From: Candidatus Bruticola sp.
GTDB taxonomy: Bacteria > Vulcanimicrobiota > Xenobia > Xenobiales > Xenobiaceae
Assembly: GCA_051874735.1 (NCBI GenBank)
Contig: JBJEGD010000005.1
Location: 1 to 63,568, forward strand
Length of the DNA stretch: 63,568 bases
Direction of reading: 5' to 3'
Shown here: positions 48,674 through 57,513 of the stretch, one piece after another
Position numbering within the stretch: the first letter of the stretch is position 1
How the letters are laid out: the number at the start of each line of letters is the position of its first letter
Program-made: the position numbers and the translations under genes
Notes under the pieces: generated by a model
Databases searched by the model: none
Seen by the model: the letters and a program-made list of their open reading frames with translations, nothing else
What the model was told of the DNA's origin: nothing

Positions 48674-49912
48674 ATGTCAGAAAAAAACTGTCAGCTTACC
48701 CTGCCGTTAAAGCTGGAGGAGCCCATCTCCGATGAAACAACTCAAACAGCCAAAGTCAGTCTTGAGGATTGTCAACGCATACAGGCTTTCTGTCTGCTTA
48801 TTCTAACCAGCCTGACTTGTGCTGCTGCGGCATATTGGCTTAAATCAGTGCTACTGCCCTTCGTTTTTTCCGTTTTTTTGGCGCTTACTTTGCGCCCCAT
48901 TGTCAGCTACTTAACTGACAAATTTCACTGTCCCAGAATTCTGTCTATTATCTTAACTCTTTTTATCGGTGCCTTCCTACTTGTCAGCTTAACTATAGTA
49001 GTATCAAATTCTGTAGTTGATCTAACATCGAACTTAGATATTTACGAGCAGCGCTTTATTAGCCTTATAGATAATTTGTGCAGCAATCCATGGATGCGCC
49101 GTATGAACTTGAAAAGTGCGAACATCCTTTCCACTATAGGTTCAGAGGCAGCAAACAGTATTGGCAATGCATTAGCAACCGTTTTTAACGCCCTTTTTTC
49201 CTTTGTATCAAACATTGTATTAGTGGGAATTTACCTTATTTTCCTTATGTTTGGTTCTTCTATGGGCAGCGAAAAAGACAATCAAACTACCCTATTCCAA
49301 GATATTTGCAAGAGCATAGAATATTATGTACTAATAAAAGGCGTGTTATCTCTCACAGTGGGATGTTTAACTTGGCTTATTCTTACTATTTTTAATGTAC
49401 CCATGGCGCATGTGCTGGGTATTTTGGCTTTTACTTTAAACTTTATTCCCAACGTAGGTCCAATTGTTGCCGTTATTCTGCCGCTGCCTTTAGTACTTCT
49501 TGATCCTGATGTAAGTTTATTCTCATTTAGTATGGTAGTCATTCTGCCTACCATAGTTCACTTAGTTTCCGGTCATTTAATTGAACCGCGTGTCATCGGA
49601 GATTCGTTGGAATTAGATCCTATAGTTATTCTGCTTACCTTGATGCTTGCTGGAGTTTTGTGGGGTCCGGTGGGCATGCTTTTAGCTACTCCTATGACAG
49701 TAGTCTGCAAAATGATTATCGACCGTATAGGTTGGGCTAAGCCTTTAGCAAGCCTACTTTCTGGACGCAAGCCCCATAAATTATGTTCTCAAGAAAATAT
49801 GCCATCCAAAAAATGTGACTCAGATAAAAATCAAGCAGAAGCAGCCCCTATACAGCCACCAGTTAATTCTAATTCTGTCAATATCAAAATGGAAGAAAAT
49901 ATTGTGTCTTAG
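48674..49912 (+). CDS. AI-2E family transporter
   Basis: LNFIPNVG, IEPRVIG, WGPVGMLLATP. Confidence 0.9.
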   Translation: MSEKNCQLTLPLKLEEPISDETTQTAKVSLEDCQRIQAFCLLILTSLTCAAAAYWLKSVLLPFVFSVFLALTLRPIVSYLTDKFHCPRILSIILTLFIGAFLLVSLTIVVSNSVVDLTSNLDIYEQRFISLIDNLCSNPWMRRMNLKSANILSTIGSEAANSIGNALATVFNALFSFVSNIVLVGIYLIFLMFGSSMGSEKDNQTTLFQDICKSIEYYVLIKGVLSLTVGCLTWLILTIFNVPMAHVLGILAFTLNFIPNVGPIVAVILPLPLVLLDPDVSLFSFSMVVILPTIVHLVSGHLIEPRVIGDSLELDPIVILLTLMLAGVLWGPVGMLLATPMTVVCKMIIDRIGWAKPLASLLSGRKPHKLCSQENMPSKKCDSDKNQAEAAPIQPPVNSNSVNIKMEENIVS

Positions 49913-49922
49913 CACCACTAAA

Positions 49923-50864
49923 CTAACTTCTCTTTGACTTAGATTTTAAGAAAGAGCGCTCTTCAGCTGTTAAATATTTTTCCCCCTTTGAAATCAATTT
50001 ATCCATTAAAGCATCGAGCTTAAGCTCATCAGAACTCTTCAAGTTCTGATTGCTAACTGTAGGATTTATAGCATTCTTAACAATTTCGCCATTTTTACTT
50101 GAAACGACCTTGAGATGCCCGCAATTTGTACGGTTTAGACTACTATTATTTAATATTGTGCTATCGGAAGAACGCAAGCAGTTCAATCGACCTAACCTTC
50201 TTATTCCCCAAATTTTCCAACGTCTGTACCAAGTTGTTAAACTTCGCTTTAGCTCTATTCTAGGCAACCACATAAGAGCGGTACTGCCGAAAACGAAACC
50301 TCCCAGATCAGCTTGCCAATATCCCGATGCAGCCAAATTACTCAGCATTAACATCACTAAACATATTGCCGTAAACCACCACAAGGCAATGGCCTTGATC
50401 GGAATGAGAACAAGTAACCAAACATTCAAGGTAATTTCCGGATTAAGCCTAGCAAAATAAGCGAAAATCCCTAAAATTCCAGCACTACTGCCTATAAGAA
50501 GTACTTCTGGAGAACTTTTCAACCATAGTCCGACAGTATAAGCAGCTAGACCTCCGACAAAAACACTTCCAAAATAAACACACAAAAACTTCAGCTTGCC
50601 TATACATTCTTCTACAGAAGGCCCCAAGAAAAGCAAAGCTAAAATAAGCCAAAGCAAAGACCAAACGGAATTATGTAAAAAGGCATACGACAAAAAACGC
50701 CACAACTGCCAACCGCAATCCCAGCGGCCTACTAAAGCCAACGAAGACTCAATTAAATAGCTATTCCATAAATATTTAGTAGTCAGTTGTACTAAATATG
50801 TCAAAAAATTTAGTATTAATATAAACTTAACTGCTGGAGTAAATCTAATAATGGCCGGGGGCAT
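49923..50864 (-). CDS. Rhomboid-family membrane protein, probably catalytically inactive
   Basis: QLWRFLSYAFLH, IGSSAG; TM6 reads ADLGG instead of AHLGG; C-terminal LDALMDKLISKG..LT.EER helix. Confidence 0.8.
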   Translation of the reverse strand: MPPAIIRFTPAVKFILILNFLTYLVQLTTKYLWNSYLIESSLALVGRWDCGWQLWRFLSYAFLHNSVWSLLWLILALLFLGPSVEECIGKLKFLCVYFGSVFVGGLAAYTVGLWLKSSPEVLLIGSSAGILGIFAYFARLNPEITLNVWLLVLIPIKAIALWWFTAICLVMLMLSNLAASGYWQADLGGFVFGSTALMWLPRIELKRSLTTWYRRWKIWGIRRLGRLNCLRSSDSTILNNSSLNRTNCGHLKVVSSKNGEIVKNAINPTVSNQNLKSSDELKLDALMDKLISKGEKYLTAEERSFLKSKSKRS

Positions 50865-50945
50865 TCGCTGAGGCGTCTCCTTGTTTAGTCACTTGGTTAT
50901 ATTATTTTGTAACAAACAAAACCGTCTCAGCGAACGTTCAGCATG

Positions 50946-53792
50946 TTACTTTACATCGGTCACAACAATATCAATCACTTCATCAGCATGTTTAACAAAA
51001 TGGAAATTAATTTTACTGCGGATCTCTTCAGGAATTTCTTGAAGATGGCGTCTATTTTCCTCAGGTAAAATAACTTCCCTTATAGACGAATTAAACGCAG
51101 CCAGAACCTTTTCTTTTACTCCACCTATAGCCATGACGCGCCCAGTTAAAGTAATTTCGCCCGTCATAGCAATATCTTGACGAGCAGGCTTACCTAAAAC
51201 TGCAGATATAAAGGAACTAGCTAAAGTAATGCCTGCTGAAGGACCGTCTTTAGGGATCGCCCCCTCTGGCACGTGAACATGAATATCATGTTTGTAATAA
51301 TCAAAATCTACACCGCGATCATTCAAAAAACCACGTCCCCAAGTAATAGCCGCTTTAGCAGATTCTTTCATAACCTGACCTAAATTTCCGGTTAAAGTCA
51401 TGCGCCCTTTACCTGGGATCACATTCGTTTCAATAGTCAACATTTCTCCCCCAACCTGCGTCCACGACAGTCCTTGTACACATCCAGGTACAGAATCTAT
51501 CTCCAGCTTGTCAGAAGCAGTATAGGGAGCAACTCCTAACAGTTCGTGAACATCGGATACGGTTAGGGTTTTAAACTGACGGCGCGTACGTCGCGATTCC
51601 GTAATTTTGCGAGCCACCTTGCGACACAGCCCAGCAATTTCTCTCTCTAAATTGCGTACACCAGCTTCTTTAGTATATTCTTTAATAACACAGCGCAAGG
51701 CTTCATCATTAAGACTAAAAAGCTGGCTAGTCAGGCCATTTTCCTCAATCTGACGAGGAATAAGAAAGCCCTTGGCAATTTCCATCTTTTCTTCCAAAGT
51801 ATAACCAGATAAGCGGATAACTTCCATACGATCGCGCAAAGCAGGCGGAATTGTATCCAGCACATTAGCAGTCATAATAAACATAACTGCTGAAAGATCT
51901 ACCGGTATGCCGTAGTAATTATCTTTAAATTCGCTGTTTTGCTCAGGATCTAAAGCCTCCAACAAAGCGGCGGAAGGATCGCCCCTGTAGTCATTGCCTA
52001 ACTTATCTATTTCATCAAGCATAATTACCGGATTGCGGGCTCCGGCACTACACATCGCCTGAATAATCCGCCCCGGCATCGAACCGATATAAGTACTGCG
52101 ATGCCCCCGGATCTCAGCTTCATCACGCACTCCGCCTAACGAGGTGCGGTTAAACTTGCGCCCCATAGTGCGAGCGATTGAACGTCCTAAAGAAGTTTTA
52201 CCCACCCCTGGAGGTCCCACAAAGCAAATAATAGAACCTCGATGATTTTCTTTGAGCTTACGCACGGAAAGAAATTCCAAAATACGCTCTTTAACTTCCT
52301 TTAAGCCATAATGTTCCTCGTTAAGTAATACTTCTGCCTTTTTCAAATCCAAACTATCTTGGGTGCTCTTGTTCCAAGGGAACTGCAGCAGGCGCTCTAC
52401 ATAAGTGTAAATCATATGATAATCTGGAGAGGCTGCAGACATACGACTTAATCGTTTTACCTCTTTAGAAGCATGCTCGGCTGCTTCTTTAGGCATACCG
52501 CTTTCAGCAATACCTTCTTTTAATCTTTCTATATCAGCGTCTTCGTCAACTCCGTCGCCTAATTCTTCTTGAATAGCCTTAATCTGTTGACGAAGGAAAT
52601 ATTCTTTATGTCCCTTCATCATCTCCATTTCGGCTTTATTTTGAATTTTATTTTCTATCTTGAGGACTTCAATTTCTTTTGAAAGCAGTACAGAAACTTT
52701 GCGCAAACGGGTACAAACATCTGCTGTATCCAAAACAGATTGTTTCTCTTTTGTGCTCACTCCTAAATTGGCAGCAACTAAATCTGCTATCTGCCCAGGA
52801 TTGTGAACACTAGACATAGCCATAGCTAATTCTGGAGAGATGTTTGAGCTCAACGCTGCGGCTTGACGGAATTGATGGGCTACGACCTGCATAGCAGCTT
52901 CAATTTCTGACTTATCGCTAATGGTGTCGCTCACTACTTCCAATTTTACTTTAGCAAAGGGCTTACGTGCCGTAATTTTCTTAACTCTGGCCCTCAAGAT
53001 ACCGTGCAGTACCAAGCGAAAACTTCCATTATGAAGACGAGCAGCCTGAACTGAAGCACAAATGCAGCCCGTTTTATACAAAGTAGTTTTAGCTAAATTA
53101 GAGCTGTCACTCTGCCGCTTCGTAATTAAGAAAAGAGGCATATCATTTTCAAGTGCATATTCTACAGCCTTTATGGAACTATCAGTTTCTATAGAGACAG
53201 GCAGAATCAAACCGGGGAAGACAACGATCTCAGGAACAGGAAGCATAACCAACTCCTGATCTTCAAAAAAGGCACTGCGGCGCCGTTGATGTTCCGCTTC
53301 ACGTTCCATTTCTTCTTCAGCCTCAGTTTTAGGCACGCTGCTGCCATCAGCTCCTATAATACTGAAATCAGCATCTGAAATCTGAGAGGTTGCGGGCTGG
53401 TTATCAGCGGCTGAAGCCAATTCTTCTGCCCCGTCAGTCTTATCTTTATTACAATTAGAGCTTGAAATTTCCGAACCAGCTTGATGTTTTTCCAGCCGCT
53501 GCTGCCAACGGTTCACTAAAGCATCCGTCAAGCGTTCCATAGGAGTAGGGCCTTCGGGAGCATCACTATCTACAAAAACAAAGGACTCGCCAGGATCATC
53601 TTCAGCGACTGAATTAGGCTGCTGAGCCATCGAATCGGTATTCTCAGATTCATTCTCTGTATTATCTATACTTTTTTTAATAACTTCAGTCTGAGACTCA
53701 ACTGTTTTATCTGGTTGCGTGGACGATGAAAAAGCTTCTCCGTTGTCGGAACTTTCGTTTAATTCAGTAAAATCTTGATGATTATCAGTCAT
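50946..53792 (-). CDS. lon: ATP-dependent protease Lon
   Basis: GPPGVGKTS, DEAEIRGHR.TYIG, LDEIDK, PKDGPSAG, GGVKEK. Confidence 0.98.
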   Translation of the reverse strand: MTDNHQDFTELNESSDNGEAFSSSTQPDKTVESQTEVIKKSIDNTENESENTDSMAQQPNSVAEDDPGESFVFVDSDAPEGPTPMERLTDALVNRWQQRLEKHQAGSEISSSNCNKDKTDGAEELASAADNQPATSQISDADFSIIGADGSSVPKTEAEEEMEREAEHQRRRSAFFEDQELVMLPVPEIVVFPGLILPVSIETDSSIKAVEYALENDMPLFLITKRQSDSSNLAKTTLYKTGCICASVQAARLHNGSFRLVLHGILRARVKKITARKPFAKVKLEVVSDTISDKSEIEAAMQVVAHQFRQAAALSSNISPELAMAMSSVHNPGQIADLVAANLGVSTKEKQSVLDTADVCTRLRKVSVLLSKEIEVLKIENKIQNKAEMEMMKGHKEYFLRQQIKAIQEELGDGVDEDADIERLKEGIAESGMPKEAAEHASKEVKRLSRMSAASPDYHMIYTYVERLLQFPWNKSTQDSLDLKKAEVLLNEEHYGLKEVKERILEFLSVRKLKENHRGSIICFVGPPGVGKTSLGRSIARTMGRKFNRTSLGGVRDEAEIRGHRSTYIGSMPGRIIQAMCSAGARNPVIMLDEIDKLGNDYRGDPSAALLEALDPEQNSEFKDNYYGIPVDLSAVMFIMTANVLDTIPPALRDRMEVIRLSGYTLEEKMEIAKGFLIPRQIEENGLTSQLFSLNDEALRCVIKEYTKEAGVRNLEREIAGLCRKVARKITESRRTRRQFKTLTVSDVHELLGVAPYTASDKLEIDSVPGCVQGLSWTQVGGEMLTIETNVIPGKGRMTLTGNLGQVMKESAKAAITWGRGFLNDRGVDFDYYKHDIHVHVPEGAIPKDGPSAGITLASSFISAVLGKPARQDIAMTGEITLTGRVMAIGGVKEKVLAAFNSSIREVILPEENRRHLQEIPEEIRSKINFHFVKHADEVIDIVVTDVK

Positions 53793-53830
53793 AGCCTGCT
53801 CAGCTTCTATACCTGCAAATAGGCTTCCTT

Positions 53831-55246
53831 TTAGTTTGATTGCTGATTAGAGGGAAGGCCAACAACTCGTCGCAAAATCTGTATGACTTTGCGGCTCAAC
53901 CAAGAACAAGGCAATGGAGGATGTTCTAAACTTGAAAAGCAAAAATGCCAGTTAGGACAGCGACGGCACTTATTTTTAAACCATATCTCTGTTTTTCTTT
54001 TATTTAAAGCATGTTCTAAACCTTCAGAACGTTTAATGAAGCCCAGTAGATCGTCAATCCAACGAGTTAAAGGGAATATTTCTACATTCTTTTTTTGTAG
54101 CCCCTCACAGTCGAAACACAGTTGTAAAAGTTCATCAAGTTCATTGTCTAACCAAATGGGACTGTCTAATAACAAAGACTCACTTAATGAGAATCCCCAA
54201 GCACAGCAATTAGCCTCAGACATAACCTCTGCTACAGCTTTTAGTTCTCCTTCTTGAGAACAGCGCACTATCGGCATTACAGATATACCAGCTATAGGAA
54301 AACTGCCGCAATATCCTGGAGATAGAGAAAAATTCCTCATAGTAGTATCTAACAACATGGAAGATATTTCTGCTGCTGCAGCCAGCCCAGGAGCTGGCTG
54401 CGGCTCATTATGGAAATATTCTGAAAAAGCTGATGTACCCGTCTGCTTTAAATCTGCTAAACTGGCAATCCACAATATACATGTATTCCATAAGTGCAAA
54501 CGACACCAAAGACGACCTAAATCGGAAAACCGTTTCCAGTTGCACAGCAGTTCTTGTGAAGAGCTACTTCGGAGGCCATCTATAAAATTAGAAACTTTAG
54601 GCAAATATGCACTTTCAATAACAATATAGAAAGGCATCTTTATTTTGTTCATGCCCGGCAGCTTGTCGTCGCTCAATCCGACGCTCTGCTGCCAGGATGA
54701 AATTAAATCGTTGAGAAAACGACTGTGTTTAGACCAGTCCCAATTTCTAAAATAGAAAATAGGCTTGCCACCTTCTCTTGAGTTATGATCTGAATGGCAA
54801 AACGTCTTAATAAATGCATGGCCTCTGTCATACCAAATTTGGGCTGCTTCCCTAATGCTACCATAAGCCTGTTTTTCCAGGTCTGTAGCATCAAAAATAC
54901 ACAGTCCAGCTGAAATTTGCATATTTTCATCAATATTGATGGCCCTATCTCTAACTGTTCGCACCGATCCTGCTATCTTAATAAACCCAGCCAGTATCAT
55001 TTCCGACAGCAAAGAGCGAACAGTTGTCGCCTCTATTCCTAAACGACGTCCAATTTCTAGGCCGTTGTCCAAACCATTGCAGGCCATATATAAAGCCTTT
55101 CCCAGATTAGTAAAGCTCATGACAGAGCCGCTTTCTAGCTCTATAGCCCAAACAGATTCGTCTTTAAAAACTCTCACATGTTCCGCCTTAAGGAACACTG
55201 CTCTATCTAATTCATCTTTAACTATCTTCTCATCGATATGCTTCAT
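53831..55246 (-). CDS. RRE/PqqD-like + SPASM-like Cys cluster protein lacking the CxxxCxxC motif
   Basis: N-terminal 3-strand + wHTH pattern ending LLSEMILAGFI; C-terminal CRRCPNWHFC...PC. Confidence 0.6.
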   Translation of the reverse strand: MKHIDEKIVKDELDRAVFLKAEHVRVFKDESVWAIELESGSVMSFTNLGKALYMACNGLDNGLEIGRRLGIEATTVRSLLSEMILAGFIKIAGSVRTVRDRAINIDENMQISAGLCIFDATDLEKQAYGSIREAAQIWYDRGHAFIKTFCHSDHNSREGGKPIFYFRNWDWSKHSRFLNDLISSWQQSVGLSDDKLPGMNKIKMPFYIVIESAYLPKVSNFIDGLRSSSSQELLCNWKRFSDLGRLWCRLHLWNTCILWIASLADLKQTGTSAFSEYFHNEPQPAPGLAAAAEISSMLLDTTMRNFSLSPGYCGSFPIAGISVMPIVRCSQEGELKAVAEVMSEANCCAWGFSLSESLLLDSPIWLDNELDELLQLCFDCEGLQKKNVEIFPLTRWIDDLLGFIKRSEGLEHALNKRKTEIWFKNKCRRCPNWHFCFSSLEHPPLPCSWLSRKVIQILRRVVGLPSNQQSN

Positions 55247-55464
55247 GGCTCAACCCTGTTTTTTTGGCTATAAAAGCCTGTTTCGGCGCGTTTTCGCCGC
55301 CTTCGCTCAGATCCCCATTCTTCTTAATAAATAAATAAAATTACAAAAAAAATACAAAAGTTACTTCCTCAAATAAGCGATGCTCTAACTTTTACAATAA
55401 CTGACAAAGTTAAATTATATAAGAGGAGAAGGAAGCCCAACAAAACATAAAAATAAGCTGTTCT

Positions 55465-56463
55465 ATGACTGTGATCGATTTAAAAGTAGGATATTCTTGC
55501 AATGACGCCTGTATACATTGCGTAGTCGATGATTTCCGCGATGCTCTCAAAAACAAGCATATGAAACAAGACAAGACTTTTGCGGAAATAGCGGAAGAAA
55601 TGCGTTCAGCCAGAGAACGCGGCGACACGTTGGTTATTACAGGAGGAGAGCCAACTATCAGATCTGATTTTTGGGATATAATTGAACTAGCCCGAAGTCT
55701 CAATTATAAAATTATGCTGCAAAGCAACGGCAGAGCCTTTTCTAATTGGGAATTTGCTCAAAATCTTAATAATTACCGCGATATTTTCAATTTTTGCATC
55801 GCTCTGCACGGTCCCACTGCAGAAATTCACGATACGATAACCCAAAGAAAAGGTTCATTTGCAGAGACTATCCAAGGACTGCGCAATATTCACCAATTAG
55901 GCTTTAATTTTAACGGCAAAATTGTCATTTCACGACAGAATTTTCGTGTGCTGCCAGATATTGCAGATAGATTCGCTGAGTTACAGGCTAGTTCAATAGA
56001 TATAGCCTTTCCTCATGCTCAGGGACGAGCTTCAAAAATGTGGGATTTGGTAGTTCCACGCTATAAAGAGGTAATTCCATTCGTGAAGGAAGCCGCCAAG
56101 CGTCTCTTACAGAAACATATCGATGTGCGTCTGGAAACTTTTCCTTACTGTACTGTCAGCGGTTATGAACATTTAGTAAGCGAAATATATCAACAAACTC
56201 AAGCCTATGCAGAAATTAACCAATACGGCTCCGATTCTGGCGCTTCAAACTGGTCTCAACTAAGACCGACTATTAAAGAAAAGTTTCTTCCTTGTCTATC
56301 CTGCCGATTCCGCTTAGTATGCGAAGGTCCTTGGAACGAATACGCCTATCGCTATGGTGGAGAAGAATTTAAACCTGTTTACGGAGAAAGAATCGGCGAT
56401 GTGCGCTTGATAGCTTCCCAAAATTTCCGCAAACAATTCAGCGATATCAACTCCCTTATCTAG
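55465..56463 (+). CDS. Radical SAM protein, HxsC-like
   Basis: DLKVGYSCNDACIHC, TGGEPT, QSNGR, HD.IT...GSF, FPYC, C..C.F...CEGPW.EY. Confidence 0.85.
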   Translation: MTVIDLKVGYSCNDACIHCVVDDFRDALKNKHMKQDKTFAEIAEEMRSARERGDTLVITGGEPTIRSDFWDIIELARSLNYKIMLQSNGRAFSNWEFAQNLNNYRDIFNFCIALHGPTAEIHDTITQRKGSFAETIQGLRNIHQLGFNFNGKIVISRQNFRVLPDIADRFAELQASSIDIAFPHAQGRASKMWDLVVPRYKEVIPFVKEAAKRLLQKHIDVRLETFPYCTVSGYEHLVSEIYQQTQAYAEINQYGSDSGASNWSQLRPTIKEKFLPCLSCRFRLVCEGPWNEYAYRYGGEEFKPVYGERIGDVRLIASQNFRKQFSDINSLI

Positions 56464-56619
56464 ATAATGGTCACAAATTGTTCCTTCACTATTCGGCCCT
56501 TAATGTTCATTGAAATTTAATATATAAATATAATAATACTTGACAAAATAGAGTAAAATACTTTTATACAATGGCGGATTTTTATCAAAGTTGGCTATTT
56601 TTTATCAGGAGGGTTGTTT

Positions 56620-57372
56620 ATGCTCAATAACATCCAGCAAGCGATGAATCGTATAGAGCAAATCGAAAAGCGTCTGAACAAAGAACCTGAAGTTAATTCA
56701 CTCGCTTTCTCTCAGATGTTTGAAAAGGTGAATAAGGCTCCTGTGCCTCAGGCTCTTGCTCAACCTCAAGCTCCTATCAACTTAAACGACATTCAAGGCG
56801 TCAATCCCCAGTTATGGAGCTTAATGAACAGTCAAAATGCTGGTGTAGTCGATCCTTCAAACTTCGGCAGTGCCAGATTAGGCGAAATGGGAGTAAAACC
56901 CTTAGCTCAAAATACCCCAGTTTCTTGTGGTCAAACAAGTGTAGCCATGGCTGTTAACGCTTTAACTGGACAGAACTTAACCGATTATGATATTAATGAC
57001 AAGTACGGTTTTGAGCTGCTCAACGCTCTCAACGCGGAATGCGGCAAAGCGGGCTACAACTGGAAAGATGGCGGAGATCTTAACGCGGGTTCCTGGGAGC
57101 TTATCGATCACAAAGTTAACAACGAAAAGACTCCTGTTATAGTAGCTCTGAATGGTCCTGAGTTCTCCCCTTCAGGGCGCGGTCATATCGTTACCATAGT
57201 CAAAACAGAAGGTGATACCGTTACCATCGCTGATCCTGCTACTGGAGAACTGCGCACTACCACAAAACAGGCTATGAATACCGCTCCCCAGCATCCCGAT
57301 GGCAACTTCGTATTTTATGCTAACAGAGTAGAAGCTCCACAAAGCGACGTGTATATGGCCTCTGCTCAGTAA
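56620..57372 (+). CDS. C39-like (papain-fold) cysteine peptidase
   Basis: Q...SCGQTSVAM (Cys), GHIV (His), IADP (Asp); AGGAGG RBS. Confidence 0.8.
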   Translation: MLNNIQQAMNRIEQIEKRLNKEPEVNSLAFSQMFEKVNKAPVPQALAQPQAPINLNDIQGVNPQLWSLMNSQNAGVVDPSNFGSARLGEMGVKPLAQNTPVSCGQTSVAMAVNALTGQNLTDYDINDKYGFELLNALNAECGKAGYNWKDGGDLNAGSWELIDHKVNNEKTPVIVALNGPEFSPSGRGHIVTIVKTEGDTVTIADPATGELRTTTKQAMNTAPQHPDGNFVFYANRVEAPQSDVYMASAQ

Positions 57373-57432
57373 TTTAGTTAGTAGTTCCTATTAATGACAC
57401 AATAGGAAGAGCAGAAAATATCAAGTTACAAC

Positions 57433-57483
57433 AAAAGCTCCTCATCGTCGTAGAAACAAATATCGACGATGAGGAGCTTTTTT
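57433..57483. terminator. Bidirectional intrinsic terminator
   Basis: AAAAGCTCCTCATCGTCG ... CGACGATGAGGAGCTTTT. Confidence 0.85.
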
Positions 57484-57513
57484 ACATCTGCCAAAATAAA
57501 CAGCCAGCCGTAC

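Noticed and set aside
55247-55464. His-Xaa-Ser precursor peptide between the radical SAM-related genes
   Set aside because: AT-rich promoter-like sequence; no ORF with HxS repeats seen.
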